Source: Eledone cirrhosa
Lineage: Eukaryota
Assembly (NCBI GenBank): GCA_964016885.1
Contig: OZ024742.1
Coordinates: forward strand, 143,964,001 to 144,028,000
DNA length: 64,000 nt
Direction: 5' to 3'
Below the pieces are notes generated by a model. That model did not search any database and had not been told where the DNA came from. It saw nothing but the letters and a program-made list of their open reading frames with translations. Shown piece after piece: positions 41,386-55,643 of the stretch. The translations under genes were made by a program, and so were the position numbers. Within the stretch, counting starts at the first letter, position 1; each line of letters begins with the position of its first letter.

Positions 41386-43366
41386 TACTTCATAATAAAA
41401 GGACGTGAATTCAATGAATTTTTCCTTAAAAATATATTTAAAACGAACACAATACATAAAAAATAAAGGAAGCTAAAAACAATTTAAAATACAATAAAAA
41501 ATGTATATACAGCACAATAAAATATATACATATGTAGTTCTGCTGTTTTGCCAAGTGGTGGCATCGTTGCTCATTCTCATTCAAAACAAAATAATGCCAT
41601 GTGCATTTTTGCCTGTGCTTCATTTGTGTTCTTGGTCTGTTTTTCACTGTTATTTTTATGATTCCATTATTGTCTGTGTTAGCCATGAGTCCTAAGAAGG
41701 ATACTGCTAGTGATTTCAAGTGTAATTAAGTTACAATGGAAGATAAGTTATAATAAAAGTATGTAAAAGTGTTTGTGATAGTGTGTGCCTTAGGGTTGCC
41801 ACGATCAAGTGTTTCAACCATAATTTATGTTAGGGAATGTATTTTTGCATATGTCACTGGAAAATTGCCGTCTTTGAAGACTGCTGTCATCAGTGTGAAG
41901 AGGGGCCAGATTTTCCACAAAGTAGAGCCTCCTTTTGCTGTGGATCAATCACCAGACCAATGAAAGTATATCACTGAGCAAGTTGCTGATACAGAAGAAG
42001 GCAAAAACTTTGTTCCAAAATCTGAAAAAAGCACTTGGAGGAGAACAACACAACCTTCATTGCAAACTGAATGGTTTGCCTGCTTTAAATGTCGTTTCAG
42101 TTTGCACAATGTCAAGATTCAAAGTGAAGCCACAGCTGCTGACACTGTAGCCACTGAGGAATTTTCAGCCACACTACAGAAGATCACTGAGCAGAAATCT
42201 CAACATTCGTTAAAAAGTACTTTTTGGGAAAGAGAATGCCTGACAGATTCTTTATCTTGAAGGAGAAGAAGACCATTCCAGGCTATAAAGTTAGAAAGGA
42301 GCAGCTAACACTAATGTTTAAGGGTAATTGCACTGGTGACTTCAGGCTCAAGCTGCTCAAGCAAACTCTAAAGCATTTAAGAAGGTGTCTCTTTCCATCA
42401 TTTGGATGAATAACATCAGGGCTTGGGTAACCGTTGCAATTTTTGAAGAATAGTTTATCTATCATTTCATCCTGGCTGCCAAGAGAAGAATCCCATTTAA
42501 AGTGCTGCTGATTTTGAACAATACACCTGACTATCCCACTAACCTCAATGATTTTGAGCTTAACGTGAAGGTGATGTACATACCACCCAATACTACATTG
42601 CTCATTTAACCTATGGAACAAGTGTGATAGTACTTTTTAAGTTCTATCTATGCCATTCCCCCCATTAAGCTGTTGATACAACATTTGAGGAGGAAGGCAT
42701 TATTATCTGCCAGTTTGGGAAGAGCTACATATTTTGAGGTTATGCAGTTGGCAATGAGTTGGGTGTGGAAGTGTTTGTGCCACCAACCAGTTTGTTAATG
42801 ATTTCAAGGGTTTGAAGCACCACTCAAGTGTCCCCTCAGAGGAGGAAGATTTCGACAATTTCATTGACACAGACAAGCAGCCTTTATGTAATGAAGACTT
42901 GGTGATGGGGGAACATTCCACAAGGAGGAAGAGTTTCCAGAACACAAGCATGGAAATTCACCACAACCAAAATACAGAAAGTTTTTTATTATCTTCCTCA
43001 GTTTCTTGCAATATTTGAGGCACAAGACCCAAATACTGAGTGTTTCACCAAAATAATGAATGGCACTAATGACCTATTCCTCTCATATAGAAACATCTTA
43101 AATTAAAGTAAGAAGCACACAATTTGGGGGACTTTGGATCAGTTCCTAGTTAAAGCTGGGAAATGCAAAACCTTTGAACCTTCAACAGAAAAGTCAACTC
43201 TTACTGTACAGAAGAAATGCCAGGTTTAAGATAAAAACATAATTTTGTTAATTATTCTTTACAAATTAAGACTAAAATATTCTTTGAATTCTTCAATGCT
43301 TTAAAAAGAGTTAAATTCTTCTGCATATTGTTTATGCTAATTGTAGGTGTTTGTCATCATAGTTAA

Positions 43367-43571
43367 CCATTTAGCATTTACATTACTCTATATTTACTAT
43401 TGTATTTTCATGTTAAAGACTTTATCTCACATAATATCGAATCTTTGAGATTTTGATATTTATTTTGAGAACAATACCTTAACATCAGTATGAGTGGCTA
43501 GTTACAGTCAGTTTGAACAGAAAGAGGTAAGAGAATTCTGGCTGGATATGGCCTGTTTAAATGCTAAAGGG
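43367..43571. mobile_element. piggyBac-type MITE nested in the Tigger element
   Basis: Homologous to 39086-39285. Confidence 0.85.
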
Positions 43572-44247
43572 TTATGGCATTTTAAGAGCAGATCACATTT
43601 ATTATTTTATAAAAAATATGACTAAAATATGTTTTCAGTGTTCTTTAAGCAATAGTTATATTCTTTTGCAAGATATTTACCCTAGTTTTACAGTGTTTGT
43701 CCTCATTTTATAGCATTATGCTCAGTTTACGTTACGGCTTTTAGACCAATTAATGACGTAAAGTGAGGTATAACTGTATAATGGTTGAACATGGAAAAAG
43801 ACAAACAGACAATACAGTTTGATATACAAACATTTACAGACACAAACCCACATACACAGGTTTAATTATTAGATATGAGCTCTGTATTACAATCTGAACT
43901 TTTAAAAATGGGCAAGGACATTAGGCCACTAATTTTTTGGGGTGGGTGGTGCTAGTAAAGTTTAGTCTAGTTTGCCTGATTAAATTCAGAACTAAAACTC
44001 TCAACTATTTTTTTCTCATCTAAACTCTTAATATTATGTGATTATTTAGTAGAAAATGAAAATATCTAAAATCAGATTTAATTCAAAGGTGTGTAGTATC
44101 TTTAGTAGTGGAGAGATCATTATAACAATCTTCAGAATTAAAGTCTTGACTATTTAATATGATGCAGCCATAGTGGTGTTTTGTAATTTTCAAGGATATC
44201 TTGCTATTGTGATTTCATGTATAACAAGAATTAAACCAAAGTTACAA

Positions 44248-44314
<67 letters not shown>

Positions 44315-44324
44315 AGAAGATTCC

Positions 44325-44635
44325 CAGAAATTAAATTTCTTGATGACCAGAAAAAAAATTATCTACTCAAAATAATCATTTTCATTTTGCAGAAATAAAG
44401 ATTCTTGATTTTCCAAAAATAAGAATTCTTGGTTACCAGAACTGACATTCTTTAATTATTGATAATAAGAAACCTTGATTACCAGAAATAATTATTCTTG
44501 ATTACCAGAAATATTCTCAGTTATCAGAAATAATTATTCTTGCTTACCATAAATTAGAGTTCTCAATTATAACCAATTATTATTCTTGGTTACCAGAAGT
44601 ATTTGTGATTATCAGAAATAAGAATTCTTATCTGA
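44325..44635. repeat. ~22-bp minisatellite (ATTCTTGATTACCAGAAATAA.)
   Basis: More than ten degenerate head-to-tail units. Confidence 0.85.
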
Positions 44636-44990
44636 AAACTTTTTTCTTTCATTGTTCTTTTCTTCACTAATTTTTGTCATTTTTTTCTTTTAAAATTGTA
44701 AAATCATTGTTATATATTTACAAACACACACGAACACACATATATATATATTGTTCTTTCTTCTTCTTTCCAGCTGTTATATTATATATCATGCATATAG
44801 CGACTTCCAAAATACCAATGCTGTGACACAATGCATTCATGAAAACACATGGTAATGATATAATAAATGAATAAAAAAACCAGGAAATTTATACTTAAAC
44901 AAATATATTTACTAGAGTGATGTCATACATTATCGTTATTATTATTATTATCATTATTTATATATGTGTGTATATATATATATATTTATA

Positions 44991-45029
<39 letters not shown>

Positions 45030-45674
45030 TGTAAAAGTTGTACTTCATTTTTAACTGCATAAGACCAGATAGATAGATAGATTGATAGAGAAAGATGTAG
45101 ATAGATATACAGAGAGAAATAGCAATACAGATAGAGAGAGAGAAAGTGAGAGAGAATGAGAGATTAACAAAATTCTCACTGTTGTTTCATGTCGCAAAAT
45201 ATCTAAAAATGTTTTTTTTTCTCATGTTTTTTTGTGTTTTTTTTTTGCATATATTCTTTTCCAGTATATTTGTTGTTGTTTTTTGCATATATTCTTTTCC
45301 ATTATATTTGTTTTTTTATTGTGAAAAAAAAAAAAATCTTTTAATGAAGTTTCCAATTTATTTTTCTTTCTCATTGCAAATTACATGTATGATTAATAAT
45401 TAGAAAAATAGCAATCAACAGAGCGCGATTGTTTTTGAAGAACTGCTGTTTTAAAAAAGCCTGGTCTAGTATATGATTTTACTAAGTTATAGAATAGCAG
45501 ACATGAAGGATTTACCAATCAGCAGTTAGCACCGGTATTGAAAGCTAACCAATACATTTCAGATCTCACATAGAACTTAAACTAACTCAATATCACTTTT
45601 GTACATAATGTATGAAAAAATATGAAAAACAAACAATAAAAAAATGTTCTAAAATTCCTTAAAAATGAAAAACA

Positions 45675-45763
45675 TATATATACATAATCATATATATGCA
45701 CATATATATAAATATATATATACACACACACACACATTATCTGTATATCTATATTTACATACA

Positions 45764-45817
<54 letters not shown>

Positions 45818-46345
45818 TATATGTACATATATATATATATATGTATACACACACATATGTATGTATATATATTTACATGCATGCTTGTTAATATGAATAT
45901 AAATATAGATTTCATTTAATGAATAATGTATGTATAAATACATATATATATATGCAGCTTCAATGCATTTATATATTTGTGCATACATGTATACATAAAT
46001 ATGCTTTATGTATATGTGTATAATATACATATATATGTATGTATATATATTACATATAAAATATCTATATGTATATACATTTAATATATCTCTCTCTATA
46101 TCTCTCTCTCTACATATAATATATATATGTTTAATATACATATATATCTATCTGTATCTCTATCAATCTATCTATGTCTGTGTATACACACATACACATA
46201 TATATATAGAGATTATATATATATATATACACATGCATATATATATATATATATGCACATATATATATATATATATATATAAACATGCATATATATACAT
46301 ATATATGCATATATATATATATACACACATATATATACATATATA

Positions 46346-46386
<41 letters not shown>

Positions 46387-46423
46387 ACACATATATATGC
46401 ATACATATATATACATATATATA

Positions 46424-46467
<44 letters not shown>

Positions 46468-46520
46468 TACATATGTATATATATACATATATATATATGC
46501 ACACACACATATATATATGC

Positions 46521-46612
<92 letters not shown>
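45675..46612. repeat. Compound (TA)/(CA) microsatellite field
   Basis: About 900 bp of alternating purine-pyrimidine repeats. Confidence 0.95.
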
Positions 46613-46616
<4 letters not shown>

Positions 46617-47489
46617 AACATAATCATAGTTCAAAACAAATATGGTCAATTATTAAATTATTTTTTCCTTTGTTTTGTTATTGTCTTGTTGTGATATAGT
46701 TGACAGTTTTTTTTTAATCATTTTTCTTTTTTTAAATTCATATTTTTTTTTCCAATTTACTATATATAACATTACTTCCATGTCGCAGTGCACTTATATT
46801 GGGACTGTGATTCCCTGATGTGTGTCCTGATGTGTCCTGATGTGTCCTTATTGTCATTGCTTTACGAAAAGGGAACAAAGAACACACACAAACACTCACA
46901 CTCACACTCACACACATACATGCATACATACATCATTCATACATACATGCTCACACCTACTTACAAAAAACACTCATACATAAAAATGCACAGAAATGCA
47001 TACATACATCATATAAACATACATACATACATACATACGTACAAACATACGTGCACATATATCAAGGTACGTTAATGTCAAAGAGAAGATAAATGAAGGA
47101 GCAAATAAGCAATGTTGTGAACAATGAAGGTGAATAGCCAGCCACAAGTTCTATTAATTAAAACATGTCAGTAGGAAATATATTAGCCTGAGACAATGTC
47201 TTTGTTTTGTTTTCTTTTTTTTCCATTTGTTTTTTTTTAATGTTGCTTTATTTGTTTATATTTATTCATTGTCTCAATGCCTTCATTGTCACCACACATT
47301 CTCAAAAAAAAACCAAAAAAAAAAACCAAAAAAAAACCAAAAAAAATCATAATTCCTTTCAAAATTCGATGAGAATAATAGTTTTTATAATAATAGTAAT
47401 AATAGTAGTAGCAGTAGTAGTAGTAATAATAATTGATAATTATAATAATAATGATATTAATAATAATAATAATAATTATAATGATTTCT

Positions 47490-48110
47490 TATTTAGGCAC
47501 AAGGCCAGCAATTTGGTAGGAGGGGAAAAGTCAATTAGATCGACCCCCAGTACTGGTACTTTATTTTATCGACCCCGTAAGGATGAAAGGTAAAGTTGAC
47601 CCCGATGGGATTTGAACTCAGAATATAAAGGGTTGCAACAAATACTTGAAGGCATTTTGCCCAATACTCTAACAATTCTGCCAATACACTGCCTTAAATT
47701 TCTAAGAATGGGTATATATTGACACCAGTATATGTGACTGGTTATTTTATTGACCCTGGAAAGATGAAAGGCAAAGTTAACTTCGGTGGGATTTCAGCTC
47801 AGAATGTAAAGAGCTGTAACTAAATACCTAAAGGTATTTTGTCCATGACACTAACAATTCTGCCAATCCATCACCCTTAATAATAATACTAATAATAATG
47901 ATTTCAAATTTAGGCAGAAGGCCAGCAATTTGTGGGGAGAGTAGGTCGATTAAATTGACTCCAGTATTTGATGGACCATTATTTTATAGACCACATCTCC
48001 TGTAAAAATGAAAGGCAAAGTTGACCTTGGCGAAATTTGAATGTAAAGGGATGTACCAGAAGGTATTTTGTCCAAGTCACTAACAATTCTGCCAATCCAT
48101 CACCTTTAAT
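47490..48110 (-). mobile_element. Three tandem family B SINE copies, probably in the glypican 3' UTR
   Basis: Three ~200-bp units containing GATGAAAGG.AAAGTT.AC...ATTTGAACTCAG...AACAATTCTGCCAAT, starting ~450 bp past the stop codon. Confidence 0.8.
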
Positions 48111-48281
48111 AACAATATTAATAATAATAATACTACTAATAATAATAATGACAGAAGATGACCATAATTTTCTGCTATTGCTGTTACTGAAAAAATTATT
48201 GTATTCGTCATGTATATATTTTAATATTTCAGAATTGTTGTAGAAGTAGTTATGATGATAACATTTCAAGTAGTAGTAGTA

Positions 48282-48334
<53 letters not shown>

Positions 48335-48557
48335 TAGTTTGTGGTAAAAAAATGCCATCTCGGATTTTGTTTGACGGTGGCCAACTAAATAAAAAAAAAA
48401 ATGTTTAAACATTTTTGTTTGTTTTTGTAGTTGCTGAAAATAATAGTTATTGGATTAGTTGTTGTTGTTATGTGATCATGATGTCAGTTAATTGCCTCAG
48501 AGAGAGAGATAGAGAAAGAGAGAGAGTGTGTGAGAGTGAGAGAGCAATGTCCAAAGT

Positions 48558-48751
48558 TCAGCTGAAGAGATAACTAGCTCCACTGCCATAAGCAACAGCA
48601 AGCATCATGATTGCCAGAGCATGTACCAAACTGTATCTGGTGGCTTTATAGAGACTTCTACCGGAAGAGTTGCCACCCGATTTTGATGGGTAACTGTTTG
48701 TGCTAGGCGAGTTGTCTATGGTGAAATCAGGGGGTGAAGTCTCCACATATT
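48558..48751 (-). CDS. Glypican terminal coding exon (GPI-anchor-signal-like C-terminus)
   Basis: Acceptor tttctttattgcAG, phase 1 matching the upstream exon. Encodes (K)YVETSPP...SGGNSSG...LVHALAIMMLAVAYGSGASYLFS*. Confidence 0.82.
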
Positions 48752-50819
48752 CTGCAATAAAGAAACAAATTAAATAAATAACAATGGCAGATAATAAAAT
48801 ATTTATTATATTACAAGAGTCAACTGAAAGGTTCATAGGATGACTATGAAGAAGTTATGCTAGAGCTGTGAAATCTTGCATGCACTAATTTTAACGCTTC
48901 TTATTAATAACTTCATTGTTTCTTTCTAGGGACTATGTTGTAAATTAAATCTCATTTGGTCATTCCATGAGAGTATGTTGGTCAGCCTTCCCTTCCCCTT
49001 CTATTATGACCCTAGAGCCCTTTCTTTGCTGTTTTCATAACCACAAAAGACACTTGAATTTTTTACAATTCTGAATTCTTAATTTGTTTACTAGTAAAAA
49101 TGCTTGAATCATAATTATTCACTAGAAAATTTCACTATAAAATATATAGGAAAAAAGCAAGATGCTGATTTAATTTAATTCCATTTCCCTTCTCTTCTAA
49201 AGAACTTAGGAAATGAGCAATATCACAGTTCCATAGATACTTCCTTTATTATAACAATTCTGAAGCAAAAAGCTTCAGAATTGTTATAAATTGTTATAGA
49301 TTTATTTTATGAGGACCACTAAACTGGTAGGTGAAAGAGGAGAAGTCATTTTGAAACATAAGACCTTGCTAAGATGAACTCTGATAAATGTACCCAAAAC
49401 CAGAAGGTAATGTTAAAACTATACAACCCACTAACTCAGAACGTAATGAGTCTGAATACATACAATTCCACCAATCCACCATCTTTGACTGGTACTATAT
49501 TTATCATCCCAGGTAGGCCAGGCTTCTGCTTGCTACTGGTACCATGTAACCCAGTACAACCTGCTTCAAGGTCAAGTGGTCAGCAACTAAACCAGCTCCA
49601 CCACCAGACTCAGGTCAAGTGAGGAGGGTAAGTGGAACCCCAGCAGCACAAAAAAAAAGAACTTTTAAAATAGTGGATGAACTCCTCAGAGTCAATGGCC
49701 ATCCACCCCAACTATAGGTTAAATAACCTCACCATCCCACAATTGGCAAACCATGGTGAGTAGGGCTACACTCCAGACATAACCAAAATCAAACAGAAAA
49801 CAGTGGAGGTCAACCAGGAAGGAGTTCCTCCAACAAAAATGAGAAGGTCCTGGACTGGATTGAATTGGATGAAAAACAAAATTTGCTTTGTATTTAGATG
49901 CTCAGTATTTGGATGTTTTCCATGCTGGTTCAAGATTCTACTTTAAGTGCTTGAGACCTTTCTTGACCCAATGGAAAATGTTACACCTATTATTGCAAGT
50001 TTTAAAGGTTTCATAGCTAAGAAGTAATTCAGAATCTCATCACTCTGTAATTTCTCTTGCTGTTGTTCATTTACACCTGTATAAGATGAACTGTAACTGC
50101 ATAGATTACACCAATCTTGCAAGTCTTGTGAAGGCCAAGAACACAGTTTCTCTCGCTGAGCTAAAAATAAGACCCCAATAAATACAGTCTATAAGTCATT
50201 TATTTAAATTTTATTATAAAATCTTTAAGTGAATCTATATATTCTTAATTGCATTGATACATATTGATTCCCTCTGCTATAAATGCAAGATAGATATTTT
50301 ATGTAAAAAATATCAAAACAGCAACAAATATCTTCACTCCCTAGTAGTATACACAGATTTTAACAGAGTGATAACAATATTTGAAGAAATGATAATGATG
50401 ATGAAGAAGATGACAATGATAAAGAAAATAGGCAAAGAAAGAAAAAAAGTTGATGATCAATATAATTATAGCCAAGAGGTTAATAGTAATGATGATGATG
50501 AGGAGGAGGAGAGGGAGGTGAATTATGAAGGTGGTAGTAGTGGATTTGTAATTAGAGATATTGATCATAATGAAACTGAGGAAAAAAATTAGATGATTAT
50601 GATGACCAATGATGAGGATGACAAAAATAATGAGAGGGAGAGAAGGATAATTATGATGATGATCATCTCATGGTGATGATGAGGAAGTTATGGAGAAAGA
50701 GATGACTGATAAGATGAATATTTTGATAACAAAGAATTTTATTAATGATGTTGTAGTTGGCAACAATGATAATAATGATGATAATTGTAGAGAGGATAAT
50801 GCTGCTGATGATAATAGAC

Positions 50820-52150
50820 ATGAGGTATAAAATAAAGTTGAAAGGTTTGGATGTAGTGATGGAAGAAGTGAAACAGCAAATTAAGGCAAAATCTAATCAG
50901 GTTAGGCACTATACAAATAGTTAAAAACAATATGAACAGAAAAGACTGTTCTCTGAAAATCAGAAAATGTTCTTTAGAAGACTGTTAGGGGGAAATGGTG
51001 CAGAAGTTGCACCTAATGCTGAAGAATCCACACAATTTTAGCTAAATATATGGGGGATTGCACAAGAGCATAATAAAGATGTGAGATGGATAAATGAAGT
51101 TGAGAATAAGTTATCTAATGAACCAAAACAGAGATAGGAAAGAATTTCAAAGGACGACATTTAAGAACAAGTTAGAAAAATGCCAAACTGGAAATCTCCT
51201 GGACCGGATGGGATCCAAGGATTTTGGTTGAAAAGATTTAAGTGTTCATTCAAGCCTAGGGAAGCATCTAAATAATTGTGTAGTACAAAGAGAAGCTCCA
51301 TGGTGGATGGCTAAAGGAAAAACAACTTTGATGATGAAGGATAAAAGGAAAGGCCTGTTAGTTGGAAATTACCGGCCGATTGCTTGCTTGAATTTGTTTT
51401 GGAAGCCGTTGACTGGCATCTTTGTTGCAAAAGTGTATGATCACTTGCTTCAGAATGAGATGCTACCTGTTGAGCAGAAAGGCTGTAGGAAAAATTCCCA
51501 GGGAACAAAGGACCATCTTGCTGTTGACAAGGCAATCATGAATTACTGCAAAAGATGTCTAAATAATTTATGCATGGCTTGGATAGAGTTTAATCCTTTA
51601 ACATTTATATTACTCTATATTTACTATTGTATTTTTATAGTAAACACTTTATCTCATATAATTATCCCACATAATATCGAATCTATGAGATTTTGATATT
51701 ATTTATTTTGAGAACAATACCTCATAATAAGTATGAGCAGTCGGTTATGGCCAGTTTGAACAGAAAGAGGTGAGAGAATTCTGGCTGGATACAGCTGGTT
51801 TAAATGCTGGGACAATCCAAACAGAGTTCTTGGAAATATAAGATCACATGTAACTTTGGTGGAGAAAGGTAGTGAAAGGCGTTTTTTGGTTGATGTAGCA
51901 AACCATTACATCAATAGTAAAGAAAATGAGAAATTCATAAAGTATGTAGACTTGAGAATAGATGTCGAGAGAAGGTGGAATATGAAAGCAGGAGTGGTAC
52001 CAATTGAGGTTGGAGTAGTTGGGTCAGTGACAGAAAACTTCCAGAGAAACCTTGATGAAATTGAAATCAGTCGCAGCATTACACCATTACAAAAGACAAC
52101 ACTTTTGGGAACAGCAAATATCCTGTAGAAAACACTATCTATCTGAGGTT
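50820..52150 (+). mobile_element. Degenerate R4/Dong-like LINE in a glypican intron, disrupted by a TTAA MITE
   Basis: '[16 protein letters not shown]', 'YRPIACLNLFWK', 'EQKGCRKNSQGTKDHL' and 'AWI', then the REL C-terminus 'LVDVA...KYVDL...VVPIEVG...LLGTANIL'. Confidence 0.85.
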
Positions 52151-52736
52151 ACATAACTTGATAGGGAGTCAATTAAATTATCCAGTGCTAATATAGGCAC
52201 AAGGCCAGAAATTTTTGGGAGAAGGGTTAATCAATTAAGTCAATAGTAGTACTTGTATGGAATGTTATCTTATCAATACTGGGAGGATGAAGTTGAGTTC
52301 AGCAGGATTTGAATTTAGTGCAGAGAGCTAAAACAAATTTATAAAACAATTTGTTCAATGCTTTAATGAGGATGATAATAATGATGAAATTAAAGAAAGA
52401 TAATAATGATGAGAATGAAACTGATGATTGTAAAGAGAAGAGTAATGATGATGATCATCATTATCATCATTTTTTTCTTCATGTTTCTATTCTGGCATGG
52501 GTTGGATTTGATGTTTTGAGAAAATGTTTTACAGCTGAATGCTCCTTCTGATATCAATCCTTTTAGTTGCTTCTTACGACATCCAAGGATATGGTGTATC
52601 TTTTCTAAAAACCAGGATAATTGTAAAGGGGATAATAATAATGATCATAAAAATTATGATTGAGATTATGATGATAACAATGACCCAAAAGTAGATGAGC
52701 AATAGAAAGAATGAGGATAAAGATAAAGAAACTTAC

Positions 52737-52884
52737 TAATTTGGGGGTTGACACCACTGCCACTTCCAGAACCAGCAAAGAAATCTTCATCATCACGAAA
52801 CGTGTTCATGCTACCACCACCGCTGTGATAGTTATAAATGTCATTTTGCATCTGGTCATCTTCAGCAGTTCGACTAATTAGATT
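52737..52884 (-). CDS. Glypican penultimate coding exon (heparan sulfate attachment region)
   Basis: AG / GTAAGT boundaries, 148 nt (phase 0 to 1). Encodes NLISRTAEDD...RDDEDFFAGSGSGSGVNPQI, with an acidic cluster followed by Ser-Gly repeats. Confidence 0.85.
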
Positions 52885-53799
52885 CTACAATTGAAAACAA
52901 ACCCAAAATAGTAATAATAAGCAAACAATGATTGAGAGCAAAATATGCAAAACTAACAGCAGCACTTAACATTTCCTGAAGGTATCAGAAAGTGTCTCAA
53001 TTTATTATCTTCGTTTTGAAAAGATGCATTCCTATACAAAATTCATTTTTATATTGAGAAATGTTGTTTTTATTTAATCCCTTCCATCAGGTCAACTTTA
53101 ATTAGGCGGACCTATAATTAAAGGTATTCCAATTATGACTGTTCTGTCTTAAGTTTAAACTCAGTATATCTAACCAATGTGCCCTTAATTTTGGCTGCTT
53201 TCTTTAAGATCAAAGGTGTGATATGAGAGGGATTTGGTTGATATTTGTAACAGGTTCAGTGACCATCTAGAGACTCCCATGTTATTCTGATATTTATGTT
53301 TTTAGCTCTTGATCAGCCATGCTTGAGCAGATCTTAGGCAATCTAGTCATGAATCGTCTTATTATTTGGATAGTAAATGTTTAGTAAATATTTAGGACCA
53401 TATTTTCCACCAAGTCTTCAAATTTTATAAGAGTAAAGTGCAATACAAGTGAAATTTTGCTGTTATTTCTAGTAAATATACAGCCCACAAAACTTCTACA
53501 AGTATCTGATGATAGTGGTGTTAATTATGTAACTCCTATTAGGGTCTTTGGGGGCAAATAACTGAAAGTTCAGCTTTTCAAATGAGTGGTTCAATGGAGC
53601 AATATGCAGGTAAGGCCAGGCTTTCCATTAAACTAAGTTGGCTCCATTTCATCCTGGTGTGGGGAAATGAGAAGCAGCCCCAGCAACAGATTTTCATACC
53701 ACTCTGTCCCTAGCAGTTTTGTGTATTTCATTCTCTTTGAGTTGGATATGATTGCAGCAACCAGCAATATGATTCACATAGCTTCGTTTCTTTTCGTCT

Positions 53800-54400
53800 C
53801 TGTCGTAGGATGACATTACTGATGAATTGAATATTCTTTAATTCTTCTAATAAAATGTCCAATGAATTGTATACAATGCTTGTATACATATTGATTAGTG
53901 ACATGGTTTGTTCTGTTGATGTTATGTATGATTCTAAAGCACTGGGTTTGAAAGGTGTTAATTTTCTTCTCTAGCATCTTTGAGAGTTTATATGACTCAG
54001 TTGCATAAAGAACAGACAGGACTGATATTTAAAAAAAATGTGATTTTTCATGGGATGCTGACACTCGACATTCAGGTATTTTTCAGTTTCCAAAAGGCTG
54101 TCCAAGTTTTTTTTTAAATCTTTCATGCTATTGTTGATAAAAGGCCCTAGATACTGAAAATCAATGATCTCAAGTGCTGTTCCATCTAGGATTATATTAG
54201 CATGATCGATAGTTTTCACCATGGCTTTTGTTGTGTCTATCTTAACAAACAGACCTACTTTTTTAGCTGTTAGAGGTCAGTGCATCAAGTTGTTTTTGAC
54301 TGCTTTCAAATTCATTCTTAAACAGGACAATATCATTTGCATATTCAAGGTCACCGACTCTTAGATCTGATTTCATTCCAATCAATTAGATCAACTTAAG
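53800..54400 (-). mobile_element. Decayed LINE (RTE-like) fragment
   Basis: 'EYANDIVL' and 'LEIIDFQYLG' RT remnants on the minus strand. Confidence 0.6.
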
Positions 54401-55254
54401 TAATGGGAGAATAAAGTGTCTTGACCAAAAGCAAAAAAATATCAGCAACAGTTTTTAGTGCAATATCTTATTCATTTGTTTACCTTATCTATGCTCTCAT
54501 GATTAATAAATACAATAAAAAAAATCAAAAAAAAATCAATTACAAACACGTCTCATCATTGAACACCATCATTATATGCCTGTTTTCCATGTTATCATGG
54601 CTTGGGTGGGCTGTCATATTCTGAGACTAAACAGGTCAGATGACCACATCTTGGTCATGTGTTCCATGTTGGTGTGCTTTCTACAGTTGAATGCACTTCC
54701 TATCACCAGCCACTTTACAGCATGTATTGGATGCATTTTATCATGACATCAGCACTACTCTTTTACAGAATGTACTGGGTGCATATTATTGTGACCAATG
54801 CTACCACTTTACAGTGTTGACAGGATGAATTTTATTGTGACACCAGCATTACTGCTTCACAGTTATTGTGACATACATACACATTTATACATATAGACAC
54901 ACATATGCACATACACACACACATTTATACATATAGTCACATACATATGTGTATGTGTATTTGAAAATCTGTCTTTATTTTTTAAAGAGCTGCTACAATA
55001 CATACAAACTATAAAATAGTTGAATACATAGGGTAAATTACCATAGGAGATGACAAGAATGTGAACAGAGACACCTGCAGAAATTAATCCATTCATCTGC
55101 CATAATGGACAATTGCAATAGCCATTATATCAAAGCAGCCTCTTAATTATTTTATCGATCTATTTTTTGTTACTGCTTTGTTTTATGAGTCATAAACAAA
55201 AACATAACCGTAAACATAGACAAGGGCACACATATATAGATATGTATATATGAT

Positions 55255-55405
55255 AGGCTTCTGCAGTTTCTGCCTACTAAATTCCACTCACAAGGGATTG
55301 GTCAACCTGGGGCTATAGTAGAAGACACTTGTCCAAGATTCCACACAACAGTATTGAAACCAGAACCACATAGCTGAAAAGTAAACTCCTTAACCACATG
55401 GCCAT
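55255..55405 (-). mobile_element. Old SINE fragment
   Basis: CORE-like CTTGGACAAGTGTCTTCTACTATAGCCCC segment and a tRNA-like head on the minus strand. Confidence 0.6.
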
Positions 55406-55537
55406 GTACAGAAAAAGATTAAAACCTTGGTCCAATATATAGATACTGAGGAATAGACTATCTTATGCCATCATATTTGGCCATTTTGATTCTTCTTGGA
55501 ATAAATGGAATTATTATATAATTTAAAGAAATCTTAC

Positions 55538-55643
55538 CTGCTGAATGTGTAATAACTTATCTTTCAGAGACATAATGTTTCTGTCATTGACAAAGCTAAC
55601 ACGGATGTTAGGACTGTGATATTTAGAAGTTATCTGCTGATAT
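55538..55643 (-). CDS. Glypican (GPC3/GPC5/Dally-type) internal exon
   Basis: ttttcAG / GTAAGA boundaries, 106 nt (phase 2 to 0). Encodes (R)YQQITSKY...MSLKDKLLHIQQ, resembling the GPC3/5 DKLKHINQ segment, and joins in frame to 52884. Confidence 0.8.

Larger units (their letters stand above)
40916..43776 (+). mobile_element. Degenerate Tigger (TIGD1-like) transposon with nested MITEs
   Basis: TA-flanked TIR-like ends CAGTAAGTAATACTTCGCTTTATGTCA / TGACGTAAAGTGAGGTATAACTG. Transposase remnant 'KRMPDRFFILKEKKTIPGYKVRKEQLTLMFKGNCTGDFRLK'. Confidence 0.8.

Noticed and set aside
44325-44635. CRISPR-like array
   Set aside because: Units are head-to-tail without unique spacers, the context is eukaryotic, and there are no cas genes. 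It is a minisatellite.
45400-45470. Relative of the 16119 palindrome (ends GGTCTAGT)
   Set aside because: Only ~8 nt are shared, which is compatible with chance.
50254-50592. Acidic 112-aa ORF
   Set aside because: It derives from degenerate (GAT)n low-complexity intronic sequence.
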